Positions 41,776-54,760 are shown, numbered from the stretch's first letter. The stretch: 64,000 nucleotides of DNA from an uncultured Gemmatimonadales bacterium (GCA_963793305.1 CAWBZV010000005.1:960001-1024000), one strand, 5' to 3'. Made by a program: numbers and translations. The notes: generated by a model from the letters alone, not told the origin.

Positions 41776-42326
41776 CGCCCTTCGTTCACGAGTCGGCCTA
41801 TGTCGATGAGGGCGCAACGGTAGGTGCTGACACGAAGATCTGGCATTTCTGCCACGTGATGCCGGGCGCCGTCATTGGCTGTCGCTCGAGCCTTGGCCAG
41901 AATGTTGTCGTGATGGGCGGGACAAAGATCGGCGACAATGTGAAAATCCAAAACAATGTCTCGATCTACGAAGGCGTCGAGCTCGAAGACGATGTGTTCT
42001 GCGGGCCCTCAATGGTCTTCACCAACGTCATCAACCCCCGCAGTCACGTCTCGCGCAAGCACGAGTATCGACGCACCCTCGTCCGCCGCGGCGCGACGAT
42101 CGGCGCGAATGCCACGATCGTGTGTGGCGTGACGCTCGGCGAGTACGCGTTTATCGGTGCCGGCGCAGTCGTCACCCATGACGTCGAACCGTTTGCGCTG
42201 GTACTGGGCGTCCCAGGCCGTCGGGTCGGCTGGATGTGCCGTTGTGGCGAACGTTTAGAGGGATTGTCCTGTGCCATTTGTGGCACTGAGTACGTCCCTG
42301 ACGCGGAGGGAATCAAGATCAAATGA
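41772..42326 (+). CDS. wbpD: Hexapeptide-repeat sugar N-acetyltransferase, WbpD/WlbB-like
   Basis: [33 protein letters not shown]-terminal CxCG..CxxC. Confidence 0.88.
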   Translation: MTPFVHESAYVDEGATVGADTKIWHFCHVMPGAVIGCRSSLGQNVVVMGGTKIGDNVKIQNNVSIYEGVELEDDVFCGPSMVFTNVINPRSHVSRKHEYRRTLVRRGATIGANATIVCGVTLGEYAFIGAGAVVTHDVEPFALVLGVPGRRVGWMCRCGERLEGLSCAICGTEYVPDAEGIKIK

Positions 42327-43390
42327 CCCGTGTCAGCGGTGAAACACAGACTCAGCGCGTCTTTCGCATCGCCCTCGTCGGCGCCGGCCGCATCGCGCGC
42401 AATCACTTCGAGGCGATCGCCAAGGTCGACGGTCTGGAATTGACGGCCGTCGCCGACATCGACCCCGAGCGCGCCCGCGAAGCCGGCGAATCGCAAGGCG
42501 TGCCGTGGTTCCGCTCGTACGAGGAGATGCTGGCGCAAGCGCCGAGCGATATCGTTGCCGTCGCCACGCCGTCGGGCCTCCACCCGCGCCACGGCATCCT
42601 CGCCGCGCACGCCGGCAAACACGTCGTCTGCGAGAAGCCGATGGCCATCACGCTCTCAGCCGCCGACGAGCTCGTGCAAGCCTGCGACGACGCCGGCGTC
42701 CAACTCTTCGTCGTCAAGCAGAATCGCCTCAACGCGACCATCCAGCTCGTCAAGCGCGCGATCGACAAGCAGCGGTTTGGCCGCATCTACATGGCGAACT
42801 GCACCGTGCGCTGGTCGCGGCCGCAGGAGTACTACGACTCAGCGCCCTGGCGTGGCACCTGGGAGTTCGACGGCGGCGCGTTCATGAACCAAGCCTCGCA
42901 CTACGTCGATCTGATCCAGTGGCTCGTCGGCCCGGTCGAGAGTGTCACCGCGAAGACCGCCACGCTCGCCCGGCGCATCGAAACCGAAGACTCCGGGATA
43001 GCGATCCTCAAGTTCCGGAACGGCGCGCTCGGTACGATCGAGGTCACGATGCTGACATACCCGAGGAACCTCGAGGGCTCGATCACGATTCTCGGCGAGA
43101 AGGGCACCGTGAAAGTCGGCGGGACCGCCGTCAACAAGATCGAGCATTGGGCGTTCTCCGAGTACGACGACGACGACAAACTCGTCGACATCGCGGGCAC
43201 GAACCCGCCGACGGTATACGGCTACGGGCACGAGGGCTACTACCGGAACGTCCTTCGCGTGCTCCGCGGCGAGGCGAAAGCGGACACCGACGGCCGCGCC
43301 GGCCGGAAATCGCTCGAGCTCATACTCGGGATCTATGAGTCGGCCAAGACGGGGCGGGAGATCCCCCTCCCGTTGCGCGCGAAGATCTAG
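42323..43390 (+). CDS. wbpB: Gfo/Idh/MocA oxidoreductase, WbpB/WlbA-like 3-dehydrogenase
   Basis: GAGRIA, CEKPMA, KQNR and [21 protein letters not shown]. Confidence 0.85.
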   Translation: MTRVSGETQTQRVFRIALVGAGRIARNHFEAIAKVDGLELTAVADIDPERAREAGESQGVPWFRSYEEMLAQAPSDIVAVATPSGLHPRHGILAAHAGKHVVCEKPMAITLSAADELVQACDDAGVQLFVVKQNRLNATIQLVKRAIDKQRFGRIYMANCTVRWSRPQEYYDSAPWRGTWEFDGGAFMNQASHYVDLIQWLVGPVESVTAKTATLARRIETEDSGIAILKFRNGALGTIEVTMLTYPRNLEGSITILGEKGTVKVGGTAVNKIEHWAFSEYDDDDKLVDIAGTNPPTVYGYGHEGYYRNVLRVLRGEAKADTDGRAGRKSLELILGIYESAKTGREIPLPLRAKI

Positions 43391-43405
43391 CAGGTTTCGA
43401 GATCT

Positions 43406-44521
43406 ATGGCTGTGCCTCTCCTCGACCTACGCGCCCAACACGCGACCATCCGCGACGAGGTCGTGTCGGCCATGATGAAGGTGGTCGAGGATCAGACGTT
43501 CATCCTCGGCGCCGCCGTCGGCAAGCTGGAATGCGAAGTCGCGGGTCTGTCCCGCACCCGCTTCGCGATCGGCTGCGCCAACGGCACCGACGCCTTGTTG
43601 ATCGCGATGCGCGCCTTGGACATCGGCCGCGGCGACGAAGTGATCACGACCCCGTTCACGTTCTTCGCCACGGCCGGGACGATCCACAACGTCGGCGCCA
43701 CGCCGGTGTTCGTGGACATCGACCCGGTGACGTTCAACATCGACCCCGAGGCCGTTGCCGCGGCGATCACGCCGCGCACGAAGGCCATCATCCCGGTCGA
43801 CCTGTTCGGCCAGATGGCGGCGCTCGAGCGCATCGCGTTGGTGGCTCGCGGCCTGCCGGTGATCGAGGACGCCGCCCAGACGATAGGCGCCCGTCGCGCG
43901 ATCGACGGCGAATGGCGGATGGCCGGCGAGATCCCCACGATCGGCACCTTCTCGTTCTTCCCGTCGAAGAACCTGGGCGCGTGGGGCGATGGCGGGATGA
44001 TGGTCACACAGGACGAGCGCCTCGCGCAGCGGATGATGCGACTCCGCACGCACGGCGGGCTCAAGACGTACTTCCACGAGGAAGTCGGCTACAACTCCCG
44101 CCTCGACGCGTTGCAAGCCGCGGTGCTCTCGGCCAAGCTCCCGCACCTCGCCCAGTGGAGTCAGCGCCGGCGTGAGAACGCCGCGCACTATTCCGCCGCT
44201 CTGGCCGCCGTCCCCCAGGTCGTGACTCCAACAGTCCTGCCCGAGAACGAATCGATTTTCAATCAATACACGATTCGCCTCGGCAATGGCCGTCGGGACG
44301 CTTTGCAGCAACATCTCAAGGCAAAAGGGATCGGCACCGCGATCTACTATCCGTTGCCCCTGCACCTGCAGCCGTGTTTCGCCTATCTCGGCTACAAAGA
44401 AGGCCAACTCCCGGAGGCCGAGCGGGCCTCACGCGAGGTGCTGTCGCTCCCCGTGTACCCTGAGCTCACGCGCGCCCAGCTCGATGAGGTGGTCGCCGCC
44501 GTCCGGGAGTTTTTCGCATGA
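43406..44521 (+). CDS. wbpE: DegT/DnrJ/EryC1/StrS aminotransferase, WbpE/WlbC-like
   Basis: NGTDAL, EDAAQ, SFFPSKNLG and NSRLD motifs. Confidence 0.87.
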   Translation: MAVPLLDLRAQHATIRDEVVSAMMKVVEDQTFILGAAVGKLECEVAGLSRTRFAIGCANGTDALLIAMRALDIGRGDEVITTPFTFFATAGTIHNVGATPVFVDIDPVTFNIDPEAVAAAITPRTKAIIPVDLFGQMAALERIALVARGLPVIEDAAQTIGARRAIDGEWRMAGEIPTIGTFSFFPSKNLGAWGDGGMMVTQDERLAQRMMRLRTHGGLKTYFHEEVGYNSRLDALQAAVLSAKLPHLAQWSQRRRENAAHYSAALAAVPQVVTPTVLPENESIFNQYTIRLGNGRRDALQQHLKAKGIGTAIYYPLPLHLQPCFAYLGYKEGQLPEAERASREVLSLPVYPELTRAQLDEVVAAVREFFA

Positions 44522-45838
44522 AAGATCAACTGCTGGCCAGGATCAACGACCGCACGGCCGTCGTCGGCGTGGTCGGTCTTGGCTATGTCGGCTTGCCCCT
44601 CGCCGTCGAGTTCGCGAAGGCGGGATTCCACGTCGTCGGTTTTGATATCAGCACGCGCGTCGTCGCGGCGCTGTCGGCCGGCAAGTCGCACATTCAGGAC
44701 GTCCCATCCGCCGAAGTCGCCGCGCTCGTGACCTCGGGCAAGTTCGAGGCGACCGCTGATCCCGCGCGCCTCGCCCTGTGCGACGCCGTGTCGATCGCCG
44801 TCCCGACGCCGCTCGTCAAGACGCGCGATCCTGACATGTCGTATGTCGACAAAGCGACGGACACGATCGCCGAGCAATGCCACCCGGGCATGCTCGTCAT
44901 TCTCGAAAGCACGACCTACCCAGGCACCACGCGCGAACTCGTCCTACCGAAATTCGAAGCGAAAGGTATGACGGCCGGCAAAGATGTATTTCTCGCATTC
45001 AGCCCTGAGCGCGTAGACCCGGGCAACGAGAAATACAACACAAAGAACACCCCAAAAGTCGTCGGTGGTTTGACGCCGGCCTGCATGGACGTCGCCTACG
45101 CTCTCTACGCGACGTGCGTGGATCGCGTCGTAAAAGTATCGAGCCCAGAAGTGGCCGAGCTGGTCAAGTTGCTCGAAAACACGTTCCGCTCAGTCAACAT
45201 CGCGTTGGTGAACGAGACGGCTATCGTGTGCGACCGTCTCGGCGTCAATGTCTGGGAAGTGATCGATGCGGCGGCGACGAAGCCGTTTGGTTTCATGAAG
45301 TTCACGCCGGGCCCTGGCATCGGCGGCCACTGCATTCCGCTCGACCCGCATTATCTCGCGTGGAAGATGCGGACGCTCAACTACAAGACGCGCTTTATCG
45401 ACCTGGCGAGTGAGATCAATAGCCGAGATGCCGGATTACGTTGTCGAAAAAGTAGCGCACGCATTGAATGATGCTCGCAAAGCGGTGAATGGCAGCCGCA
45501 TACTAGTCATTGGCGTCGCGTACAAGAAGAACATCGACGACATTCGTGAGAGCCCGGCACTCGACGTTATTCGCTTGCTCGAAGGCCGCGGCGCGACCGT
45601 CGCCTACCACGACCCGTACATTCCGCGCTTCCGCGAGGAAGGGCATGAGCGGGTCGGCGTTTCCTTGACGGCAGCGGAGCTGAAGCGGTCCGACGCCGTT
45701 GTCATCGTCACCGACCACAGCTCGATCGATTATCAGCTCATTGTCGACCACGCGGACGTGGTCGTTGATACGAGGAACGCTACCGCCGGCGTCCGCAATC
45801 CGTCGGCGCGTATCGTTTCTCTGTCGACCGCGGCCTGA
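44518..45838 (+). CDS. wbpA: UDP-N-acetylhexosamine 6-dehydrogenase, WbpA-like, split by +1 frameshift at ~45423-45424
   Basis: GLGYVG, ESTTYPG, SPER, KLLENTFR and GGHC; EINS continues as EMPDY..GVAYKK in next frame. Confidence 0.88.
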
Positions 45839-47354
45839 TCTCCTGCTGGTCCTGCTGACCGTCAGCGCGGCCCCCCGCGCTGGCGCGCAATTTGGTCTCG
45901 TTCAGTTGCCTCTGGACGATCCGGCCTACGTGCAGCTTGCCGCGCTCGAGCACATGGGATGTGCCGAGGCCCGCGTCTCTCCTCGACGTCCTTACGATGT
46001 CCGCTCCGTGCGCGACGCGCTGACGCGCGCGCGCGACGTCGCCGCCTGTCGCGGCCCGATCCTCGACGTCCTCACGAAGCGATTCGAGAAACGGAAGGCT
46101 GATATGCAGGGCGGGTTACGCGGTGGTGGCGAAGCCACCCTGCGCGCCACCGGTCTCACGGGCGGCGAATTCGAGCCGCTATGGAACGACATTCGCCCGA
46201 CCAACCAGGGTGACCCACCAGCCGTCGGGATCGTGCACGGCCGCCTGACGTGGGGTGACGGCTCGGCCGACCAGGTCGTCGCCGTAGGCGACGCCTACGG
46301 TGAGACGGGATCGCGCAACGATCCCACCGTGCGCGCACGAGAGTTCCGCCACACATCCGGCGTGTTCGACATTGGCGAGGCGTACCTCTCGGGCCGCGTC
46401 GGCCCGTTCGAAGGCACGATCGGTCGCGGCGAGGAGGCCTGGTTGGGCGAGGGGCGGGAATCGCTGTTCCTATCTGCGAACGGTCCACCGATGGACCGCA
46501 TCACGGGCAGCGTATCGACGCACGACTTCGAGGCCCGAGTGCTGCTCGGGTCGCTCGACGACGTCGTCCTCGACTCCGCCCAGGACAACATTGTTGGCAC
46601 GCAAAGCATTCAGCGCTATTATCGCTACCTGGCCGCCGGCGCCATCACGTGGCGCCCGAATCGGGTGGTCGAAGCGACGATCGGGACACTCGCCATACTG
46701 CCATCCGCCTCCCGCGCCCTCGATCTTTTCTACGTCAACCCGTTCAGCCCGTATCCGGACACGACTCGCAAGCTCGTCAACGTCACCGACCACGTCGAGA
46801 CGTTCGGTGGCTTGCGCGTCCGCGCGGGTGTCGCGACGTTCGACGGCGAGTTGCTCGCCGATCAGCAATTGAAGTCGGACCATATCGGGTACCTCTTCAC
46901 CGCCACGACGCCACTGCCGACCCACATCCCCGTCAGCCTCGATGCGACATTCGAGCATATCGGGCGCGAGACCTATACGAGCCAATACTACGCGAGCGTG
47001 CCGGAGCACTACGGCGTGCCCCTGGGTTCCGTGCTCGGCCCCGACGCCGAGCTCGGGAAGGTCGGCGCCGAGGTGTTCGTCGCAGGGCCCCTGCGCGTGG
47101 CCGGCGACATTGGCATTCGGCGTCGGGGGCGCGTCCGAATCGACGAGCGCCCCGCCCAACCCAGCTCGGGCCCTGACACCCCGGAGCAACGCGCGACGAT
47201 CGGTGACCTTACGATTCAGTTCCTGACCCCCGTCGTCCCGGTGACCCTCCGGTTCTCAGGTGCGACGGTGACGAACGCGAACAACGTCGCGTCGCCGTCG
47301 TCGTCCTATGGTCAGACCCAAATCATCGCCAGCTATGCGTTTCGGTATCCATAA
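45765..47354 (+). CDS. Outer-membrane capsule assembly protein, Wzi-like; start uncertain
   Basis: Signal-like stretch ending AGA|QF; DDPAY..L helix; GR..WLG..SLFLSANGPP; beta-strand pattern; directly before wza-wzc. Confidence 0.68.
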   Translation: MIRGTLPPASAIRRRVSFLCRPRPDLLLVLLTVSAAPRAGAQFGLVQLPLDDPAYVQLAALEHMGCAEARVSPRRPYDVRSVRDALTRARDVAACRGPILDVLTKRFEKRKADMQGGLRGGGEATLRATGLTGGEFEPLWNDIRPTNQGDPPAVGIVHGRLTWGDGSADQVVAVGDAYGETGSRNDPTVRAREFRHTSGVFDIGEAYLSGRVGPFEGTIGRGEEAWLGEGRESLFLSANGPPMDRITGSVSTHDFEARVLLGSLDDVVLDSAQDNIVGTQSIQRYYRYLAAGAITWRPNRVVEATIGTLAILPSASRALDLFYVNPFSPYPDTTRKLVNVTDHVETFGGLRVRAGVATFDGELLADQQLKSDHIGYLFTATTPLPTHIPVSLDATFEHIGRETYTSQYYASVPEHYGVPLGSVLGPDAELGKVGAEVFVAGPLRVAGDIGIRRRGRVRIDERPAQPSSGPDTPEQRATIGDLTIQFLTPVVPVTLRFSGATVTNANNVASPSSSYGQTQIIASYAFRYP

Positions 47355-47997
47355 AATCGCCCTTGCCTGCCTGGTGACGGCGACGTCCGTGGCGGGCCAG
47401 GATCTCCCGAGCCCGCCAGTGATCGACACCGCCGCGCGACCGACCGGTGCACTGCGCCAGGGCGATATTTTGAACCTCAAGGTCTACCGCGACTCCGAGC
47501 TCAGCGGGAAGTACTTGATCGATGCCAAGGGCGAAGTGCAGATCCCGGGTCTCGGCACGATCCGCGCTGCGGGTCTCACGCCAAGCCAGGTCTCGGACCG
47601 CATGGTGGACGCCATGCGGGTTCGCGGGTTTCGCGATCCGGAGCTCGCGGTTCAGCCACAAATCCGGGTCTCGGTGCTCGGCGAGGTCCGGCTTCCCGAG
47701 CTGTACTCGGTGGACCCCGGCGTCAGCCTGATCCAGCTCCTGACGCTCGCCGGCGGCCCAAGTGACCGCGCGGACCTCAAACACACGCGCGTGATCCGAG
47801 ACGGTCGGGAGTTCATCATCGATTTGCAGAGCGCGCTGACCGGCAGTCCGGCGGGACGCGTGGGCCTCTATTCGAATGACGTGGTGTACATTCCGAGGCG
47901 AAGTGGTCTCACACGGGAGAACGCCACATTCATCCTCAGTATCATTAGCACCGGTCTGACGGTCGTGACGGCCATCCTGGTCCTTTCCAAGTACTAA
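47335..47997 (+). CDS. wza: Polysaccharide export protein (Wza/OPX-like, SLBB domain)
   Basis: LRQGDIL, IDAKGEVQIPGLG, VSVLGEV and LAGG motifs. Confidence 0.85.
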   Translation: MRFGIHKIALACLVTATSVAGQDLPSPPVIDTAARPTGALRQGDILNLKVYRDSELSGKYLIDAKGEVQIPGLGTIRAAGLTPSQVSDRMVDAMRVRGFRDPELAVQPQIRVSVLGEVRLPELYSVDPGVSLIQLLTLAGGPSDRADLKHTRVIRDGREFIIDLQSALTGSPAGRVGLYSNDVVYIPRRSGLTRENATFILSIISTGLTVVTAILVLSKY

Positions 47998-50357
47998 ATG
48001 AGCGAGAACGGGGCCGGTTCAGGCGCAGAGACGGGAGTCCGAGAGACGACGATCCGCGATGTCTTCTCGGCGACTCGCCGTCGCCGCGGAGCCGCGTTCG
48101 CGATCTTCGCCGTCGTGCTCTCCGTTGGCACCTGGAAGACCATGACCGAGGAGCGTGTCTACGTCGCGGCGGTCACGGTCCGGGTCTCACAGAACACGCA
48201 ATCGCCGATGACGGGCGTGCCCGTCTCGACACCCGACTACGATTTCCGGGTCGACCCGCTCGTCTCCGAGCAGCAGGTCATCAAGAGCAAGCTGATCGCC
48301 ACGCGCACGGCCGAGATGGCCGGCGCCCGGCTCATCATCATGCAGCCGCAGCACCTGCTGCTGAGCACCTTGGTCGGCGAGAACCCGGTGGTCGTGAAGC
48401 CCCAGGCGCACGATGCAGACTATCGCCTGACGCTGTCGGACAGCACCTATCTCATTCGGTTGGGCACGATCCGGTATGGTCCGGTGAAGTACGGCGCGCC
48501 GCTCGATGCCGGCGACATCTCGATCACCATACCGGCCCGTCCCGGGATCAAAGCGCGTGAGGTCCAGCTGCGCGTCGCGCCGCTCGAGGCCGTCGCCCAG
48601 GATCTGCAGGGGTTGATCGCGACCCGCGTGCTGGCGCAAACCGACATCATCGAGATATCGGTCTTCGGCACCGATCCAGTACGGGTGCGAGACATGGCGA
48701 ACGATCTGGCCCAGGTGTACGGCGACTACTCGAAGGAGCAGGGGCTGATCACGGCGGCCGCCCGCACCGCGTTCATCCGCACGGCGCTCACCGAGCAGGG
48801 CCAGCAGCTCGCGCAAGCGCAAGACTCGTTGCGCCGGTTCCAGGAACACAATCAGTCGTCGGACGTTCAGCGCCGAAGCCACGGCGATTCTCCAGGCCAT
48901 TTATTCGTACGACACGAAGCGTGGCGAGTTGACGCTCCAGCAGCGCGTCTATCAGGAGCTGGTCGGGAAGCTGGAGCAAACCGATACGACGGACATTGAG
49001 ATGCGGAAGCTCGTCGGCACCGATGCGGTGAAAGACAACCGTGCGGTCGCCGATCTGTATCAACGGTGGTTCGACCTGGAACGCATTCCGGCAACAGCTG
49101 ATGCTGACCCGGAACGGCAAGAATCGGGATGTGCAAGCGATCGATAGTACGATCGCGGCCACGAAAACGTACCTCAAGAACGCGAGCGGCCTCTATCTCC
49201 AGAGCCTGGCCAGTCGTGTCACGTCGATCGATACGAACATTGCCGACCTGCGGCATCAGGCCGAACAGTTCCCGCCACTCGTCGCGCGGCAAGCCCGGTT
49301 GGACGAGAACGTGCACACGATGCAGGCGGGATATGAGAACCTGCTGTCGCAGTATCAGCTCTCGCGTATCGGCGAATCCGCGGAGACCGGGCGTGTTCGC
49401 GTCATCGACGCCGCCGTGCTCCCGACCGTTCCGATATCGCCACACCGGAAGCGGTCCGTCTTCCTCGCGGCCGTGATCGGTCTCGCGCTCGCCGTCGGGG
49501 GCGCCGCCCTCCTGGACCGGTTCGACGACTCCGTCCAGACACCGGACGAGATCCGCGACCGTCTCCACTTGCCCCTCCTCGGGTCGATCCCGCGCGTCAA
49601 GCACACACCCCAGCACGACGCGGCCCGGCTCGTGACGCACGTCGAGCCCCAGTCGCTCGTTGCCGAGGCGTTCCGCTCCCTGCGCACCAATCTCGCGTTC
49701 GCGCGCGCGCACCAGGACTTGCGGACGATCGTCGTCACGAGCGCGGCGCCCGGAGATGGGAAGTCCACGATCGCCGTCAACCTGGCCACGACCTTCGCTC
49801 AACAGGGTCAGCGGACGTTGCTGATCGACGCCGACCTCCGCCGCGCGGTCATCGACCGCACGTTCGATATCCCGCGGAGCCCGGGGTTGACCGAGTTCCT
49901 CGTCGGCAGCCACACGCTCGAAGCGGTCGCTCGGGAGACCGATGTTCCCAACTTGTTCATTCTGCCGAGCGGACACTTTCCCCCGAACCCATTGGAGCTG
50001 CTCGGCTCCCAGCAGATGCGGGCAGGGCTCGAGGCGGCGACGAAAGCGTTCGACATGGTATTGATCGATTCGCCGCCAGTGCTGGCCGTCACCGACGCGT
50101 CGGTGCTTTCGGCGCACGTCGACGGCACCATCATCGTGGTCCGACTCGGGGTATCCGCGCGCGAGGCGGTCAGCCGCTCCGTGTCACAACTCCGCGTTGT
50201 CAATGGCCGGATCCTGGGCGCGGTGCTCAACGCGGTCGATTTCCGATCGAGCGCGTATCACGGCGGTTACGGTTACTACTATCAGCGGTTTTACGGAGAT
50301 GAATCCGACGGCAAGCGTGGAAAGCGTGGAAAACGTCGCGCCAGCCGTGTAGGCTAA
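47998..50357 (+). CDS. wzc: Polysaccharide co-polymerase/tyrosine autokinase, split by two +1 frameshifts (~48871 and ~49086-49089)
   Basis: N-terminal TM, coiled coil, VIDAA..P, EAFRSLRTN, Walker A GDGKST, IDADLRR, IDSPP, Tyr cluster YHGGYGYYY. Confidence 0.9.
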
Positions 50358-50361
50358 TGCG

Positions 50362-51663
50362 ATGAATATTACCGTCGTGGGAAGCGGATACGTCGGCCTC
50401 GTGGTCGGTGCGTGTCTGGCCGAAACCGGGAACGACGTCGTCTGCGCCGACGTGGATCCAAATAAAATTGAGGGACTGAAGCACAATCGTCTCCCGATCT
50501 ACGAGCCCGGCCTCGAGCCGCTCGTCGAGCGCAACCAACACCAGTCGCGTTTGTTGTTCACGACGGATATCCCGCACGCGATTGCATCCGCGCATGTGGT
50601 ATTCATCGCGGTCGGCACACCACCCGATGAGGATGGCTCTGCTGACCTCCGTCACGTGCTCGCCGTTGCCGAAGAAATCGGCAAGCACATGAAGCGCGAG
50701 CTGGTCATCGTGACGAAATCCACCGTCCCGGTGGGGACAGCTGGAAAAGTCGCCGACGCCGTTAGCAAGCACGCCAAGCACCGGTTCCACATGTGCAGCA
50801 ACCCGGAGTTTTTGAAAGAGGGTGATGCCGTGGATGATTTCATGAAGCCGGATCGAGTCGTCCTGGGTGTCGCCTCGGATTTCGCGCGCTCGGTCATGGC
50901 CGAGTTGTACGCGCCGTTCGTTCGCACCGGCAAGCCGATCATCTTCATGGACATTGCCTCGGCCGAGATGACGAAGTACGCGGCCAATGCGATGCTCGCC
51001 ACGCGCATCAGTTTCATGAACGAGATCGCGCGGCTCTGCGAAACGGTCGGCGCCAACGTTGATGCCGTCCGCCGGGGCATCGGCAGCGACGACCGCATCG
51101 GCCCGTCGTTCTTGTTCCCCGGGCCAGGCTACGGCGGCTCGTGCTTCCCGAAAGACGTCCAGGCGCTGATTCGTACCGCGCAACAGGTCCACGTCCCGCT
51201 CGAAGTCGTCTCGGCGGTCGAAAAAGCGAACGAGCGTCAAAAACACGTCCTATTCGAAAAGACGACGAAGGCCCTGGGTGGCTCGATCAAAGGCGCGTTG
51301 ATCGCCGTATGGGGTTTGGCATTCAAGCCCCAGACCGACGACATGCGCGAAGCCCCGGCGCTGACGCTGATCGATGAGTTGCTGGCGGCAGGAGCCACGG
51401 TGAAAGCGCACGACCCGGTCGCCGAGCACGAAGCACGGCGGCGGTTGGGTGATCGCATCGCCTACGCCGATTCGAACTACGACGCCGCACACGGCGCCGA
51501 TGCCCTCATCGTCGTCACCGACTGGAACGAGTATCGCCACCCGGATTTCCAGCGGATCAAGCAGGCGCTCAAGCGCCCGGTCTTGATCGACGGTCGCAAC
51601 CTCTACGACCCGCAACAGATGCGCACCCTCGGCTTCACGTACGACTCGATCGGACGCGTCTGA
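50362..51663 (+). CDS. ugd: UDP-glucose 6-dehydrogenase
   Basis: [28 protein letters not shown] and [10 protein letters not shown]. Confidence 0.95.
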   Translation: MNITVVGSGYVGLVVGACLAETGNDVVCADVDPNKIEGLKHNRLPIYEPGLEPLVERNQHQSRLLFTTDIPHAIASAHVVFIAVGTPPDEDGSADLRHVLAVAEEIGKHMKRELVIVTKSTVPVGTAGKVADAVSKHAKHRFHMCSNPEFLKEGDAVDDFMKPDRVVLGVASDFARSVMAELYAPFVRTGKPIIFMDIASAEMTKYAANAMLATRISFMNEIARLCETVGANVDAVRRGIGSDDRIGPSFLFPGPGYGGSCFPKDVQALIRTAQQVHVPLEVVSAVEKANERQKHVLFEKTTKALGGSIKGALIAVWGLAFKPQTDDMREAPALTLIDELLAAGATVKAHDPVAEHEARRRLGDRIAYADSNYDAAHGADALIVVTDWNEYRHPDFQRIKQALKRPVLIDGRNLYDPQQMRTLGFTYDSIGRV

Positions 51664-51667
51664 GCCC

Positions 51668-52630
51668 ATGCGTGTCTTGATCACCGGCGCGGCCGGGTTC
51701 CTCGGCTCCCACCTGGCGGACCGATTCCTCGCCGAAGGCCATGCGGTCGTCGGGCTGGATAACTTCGTGACGGGCCACCCGGACAACATCGCGCACTTGA
51801 TGGGCCGTCCGGACTTCGAGTTCCTGCGGCACAACATCTCGACCTACACGTTCGTGGCGGGCCCGCTCGACGGCGTGCTGCACTTCGCCTCCCCCGCGAG
51901 CCCGGTCGACTACCTCGAGCATCCGATCCCCACGCTCAAGGTTGGGGCTCTGGGCACCCACAATGCCCTGGGTCTCGCCAAAGCCAAAGGCGCCCGGTTC
52001 TTCCTGGCATCCACGTCGGAAGTCTACGGCGACCCGCTTGTGCACCCCCAAACGGAGTCCTATTGGGGGAATGTCAATCCGATTGGACCGCGTGGCGTGT
52101 ACGACGAGGCCAAGCGGTACGCCGAGGCGATGACCATGGCCTATCATCGCTTTCACGGGATCGACACGCGAATCGTTCGCATCTTCAACACGTACGGCCC
52201 GCGGATGCGCCCGCGGGATGGCCGCGTGGTATCCAACTTCATCGTCCAGGCGCTGACTGGCGAGCCGATCACGATCTACGGCAACGGCTCGCAGACCCGC
52301 AGCTTTTGTTACGTCGACGACGAGGTCGAGGGTATCTACCGCCTCTTCATGCGGGGCGACGCCGAGCCGACGAACATCGGCAATCCGGACGAGTACACGG
52401 TGAAACAACTCGCGGAGATCGTCGTCGAGTTGACGGGCACAAAGTCCCCGATCGTGTACCGTGACCTGCCTGAAGATGACCCCAAAGTTCGCCGCCCCGA
52501 TATCACGCGCGCATGCGGTCTCCTCGGCTGGACCCCAAAGGTCCCGGTCCGCGAGGGCGTCGCAAAGACTATCGAGTACTTCCGGGGGCTCATCGGAGCA
52601 GGCCGTGTGGGGCCCGCGCGTGACGCGTGA
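51668..52630 (+). CDS. uxs: UDP-glucuronic acid decarboxylase (UDP-xylose synthase)
   Basis: [34 protein letters not shown] and DGRVVSNF. Confidence 0.9.
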   Translation: MRVLITGAAGFLGSHLADRFLAEGHAVVGLDNFVTGHPDNIAHLMGRPDFEFLRHNISTYTFVAGPLDGVLHFASPASPVDYLEHPIPTLKVGALGTHNALGLAKAKGARFFLASTSEVYGDPLVHPQTESYWGNVNPIGPRGVYDEAKRYAEAMTMAYHRFHGIDTRIVRIFNTYGPRMRPRDGRVVSNFIVQALTGEPITIYGNGSQTRSFCYVDDEVEGIYRLFMRGDAEPTNIGNPDEYTVKQLAEIVVELTGTKSPIVYRDLPEDDPKVRRPDITRACGLLGWTPKVPVREGVAKTIEYFRGLIGAGRVGPARDA

Positions 52631-53355
52631 GTAGCCAGTCGCGCGAATTAATCGACCTGGCCCCTGATGCCCTCGAGCGGGCTCGCGAGCGGTTCGCGGT
52701 CCGTGATTACCATGGCGCTGTCCTCCTGTTGCAAGAAGTTATCGGCAGTGGCATTGGCTACGCCGACGCCTACAACCTGTTCGGGTTGTCCCTGGCGATG
52801 GTGGACCGTCCCAACGAGGCGCTGACCGCGTTCGACCAGGCGCTCGAGCGAAACCAGCTTTACGTCGAGGCGCACCTCAACCGCGCGGTGCTGCTCAACG
52901 GTCTGGGTCGGACCGAGGAAGCCGCGGCCTCGTTCGCGATCGCCGAGGCGCTCGGTCGCCCCGACGAGACCGGATTCCCGGTCGTGGTCGGCAATCGCCT
53001 CGCCAACGCGCACGCCGCGCTTGGGGACGAGTACCGGAACGCCGGAGCCCACGCAGAGGCGATCGCCCAATATCAGCGCGCGCTCCAGATGCGGCCCGGT
53101 TACGTCGACATTGGGCTGTCCCTCGCCCGCACGCTGCTCGAAGCACAACAGTACGAGGAGGCTGCCCGGGCACTCGACGCCGTGCTCGCGGTCCGGCCGA
53201 CGCTCCTGGATGCCCTCTTGCTGCGGGGTCTGGCCTCCTATCTTCATGGAGAGCACGCCACGGCCGGTCGGGTCTGGGACCGGGCTGCCGAGGTACATCC
53301 GGGCGATCCGCGGGTAGAAACCTATCGATCGATGCTGGCCCGCCAGGGTCTCTAA
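52627..53355 (+). CDS. Tetratricopeptide repeat protein
   Basis: Repeated helical units ([30 protein letters not shown]). Confidence 0.85.
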   Translation: MSSQSRELIDLAPDALERARERFAVRDYHGAVLLLQEVIGSGIGYADAYNLFGLSLAMVDRPNEALTAFDQALERNQLYVEAHLNRAVLLNGLGRTEEAAASFAIAEALGRPDETGFPVVVGNRLANAHAALGDEYRNAGAHAEAIAQYQRALQMRPGYVDIGLSLARTLLEAQQYEEAARALDAVLAVRPTLLDALLLRGLASYLHGEHATAGRVWDRAAEVHPGDPRVETYRSMLARQGL

Positions 53356-53374
53356 TCAGCCATATTACGGGTAC

Positions 53375-54145
53375 ATGCGGTTCTTGCGCAGATCATATGT
53401 CCTTACCGCCGCGCTCGGCTTGGCTGCCTGCGCGGGACACTTGGACGTGGCCAAGTTCAAGGGCACGAACGAGGAGCTGTACAGTCGCTCGTTGAACGCC
53501 TACACGAAACACAACTGGGACGATGCGGTGGCGGGGTTCGAAAAATTGACCCTGGAGCTGCCCGCGCACGACACCTTGTTGTCGCGCTCCCAGTACTATC
53601 TCGGCGAAGCCCACGAGCATCGCGCGGAGTACTTGTTGGCCGCCCAGAGCTATTCACGGTTGGCCGAGTCGTTCCCCGATGATTCGTTGGCCGACCGCGC
53701 GCTGTATAATGCCGGCCGCAGCTATCAGAAGATGTGGCATCGCCCCGCCCTCGACGCCTCGAACGGCGAAGCGGCGCTGACGTCCTATCAGCAGCTCCTG
53801 TCGCTCTATCCGGGCTCGGCCCTCGCTGCTGACGCGAACAACCAGATCGGCCGCCTCGACGAGTGGTTCGCGCAGAAGGATTACGCGAACGGCGTACACT
53901 ACTACAAGCGCCACGCGTTCGACTCGGCGATCATCTATCTCAAAGACGTGGTCAAGAATTATCCGACGACGGCGACCGCCCGCCGCGCCCAGCTCAAGCT
54001 CGTCGACGCCTATCGCGCGATCCGATATCGCGACGACGCGAACGACGTTTGCGCGCAGTTGCGGACCGCCTTTCCGGGAGACCGCGAAGTCCGCGAACGG
54101 TGCGGCGTCGCCACCGCCAGCGTGCAGAGCGGCTCCAAGCCGTAA
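53375..54145 (+). CDS. bamD: Outer membrane assembly lipoprotein BamD
   Basis: LGLAAC lipobox; TPR repeats with BamD-like pattern (YY..R..FDSAIIY..VV.NYP). Confidence 0.85.
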   Translation: MRFLRRSYVLTAALGLAACAGHLDVAKFKGTNEELYSRSLNAYTKHNWDDAVAGFEKLTLELPAHDTLLSRSQYYLGEAHEHRAEYLLAAQSYSRLAESFPDDSLADRALYNAGRSYQKMWHRPALDASNGEAALTSYQQLLSLYPGSALAADANNQIGRLDEWFAQKDYANGVHYYKRHAFDSAIIYLKDVVKNYPTTATARRAQLKLVDAYRAIRYRDDANDVCAQLRTAFPGDREVRERCGVATASVQSGSKP

Positions 54146-54157
54146 CCGAACGTAGAG

Positions 54158-54760
54158 GTGCGCCTCGGCATCTTCGGTGGCACCTTCGACCCGCCGCACA
54201 TCGGTCACCTACTCGTGGCAACGGATGCGTTCGAAGCCCTATCGCTCACGCGCCTCGTTTTCGTTCCAACGGGTCGCCAGCCCTTGAAGGCCGACGTCAT
54301 CACGGCACCCGCCGCCGCGCGCCTGGCCATGACGCGCCGGCTCGTTGGCGACGATGAGCGGTTCGGCGTCGACTCCATCGAAATCGACCGGGATGGGTTA
54401 TCTTTCACGATCGACACGTTGAGGGCCTTCGCGGAGCGTGAGCCGGAGGCCGAGCGGTACTTCCTGCTGGGTGCCGATGCCTGGCGCTCGTTTCCGCGTT
54501 GGCGCTCGCCCGACGAGATCATGCGACTGGCGACCGTAGTGGTGCTGACGCGAGGTGGCGAGCCGATCGGCCCCGTCTCGTCCGGCTTGCGGGCGCCTCG
54601 CGTGTTGCCGACGCGTCGGATTGACATCTCGTCGACCGAAATCCGCTCTCGCGTGCGCGCCGGGTTGTCGTTGCGCGGCTTCGTACCTGAGGCGGTGCGG
54701 GAGTACATAGAAAGGAACGGTTTGTACCACGAGGACGGGTATGCTGAAACGGCTGATTAG
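54158..54760 (+). CDS. nadD: Nicotinate-nucleotide adenylyltransferase
   Basis: [21 protein letters not shown] and ISSTEIR. Confidence 0.96.
   Translation: MRLGIFGGTFDPPHIGHLLVATDAFEALSLTRLVFVPTGRQPLKADVITAPAAARLAMTRRLVGDDERFGVDSIEIDRDGLSFTIDTLRAFAEREPEAERYFLLGADAWRSFPRWRSPDEIMRLATVVVLTRGGEPIGPVSSGLRAPRVLPTRRIDISSTEIRSRVRAGLSLRGFVPEAVREYIERNGLYHEDGYAETAD

Noticed and set aside
50312..50337. AAGCGTGGA tandem repeat
   Set aside because: Simply encodes the KRG-KRG-KR basic tail of Wzc
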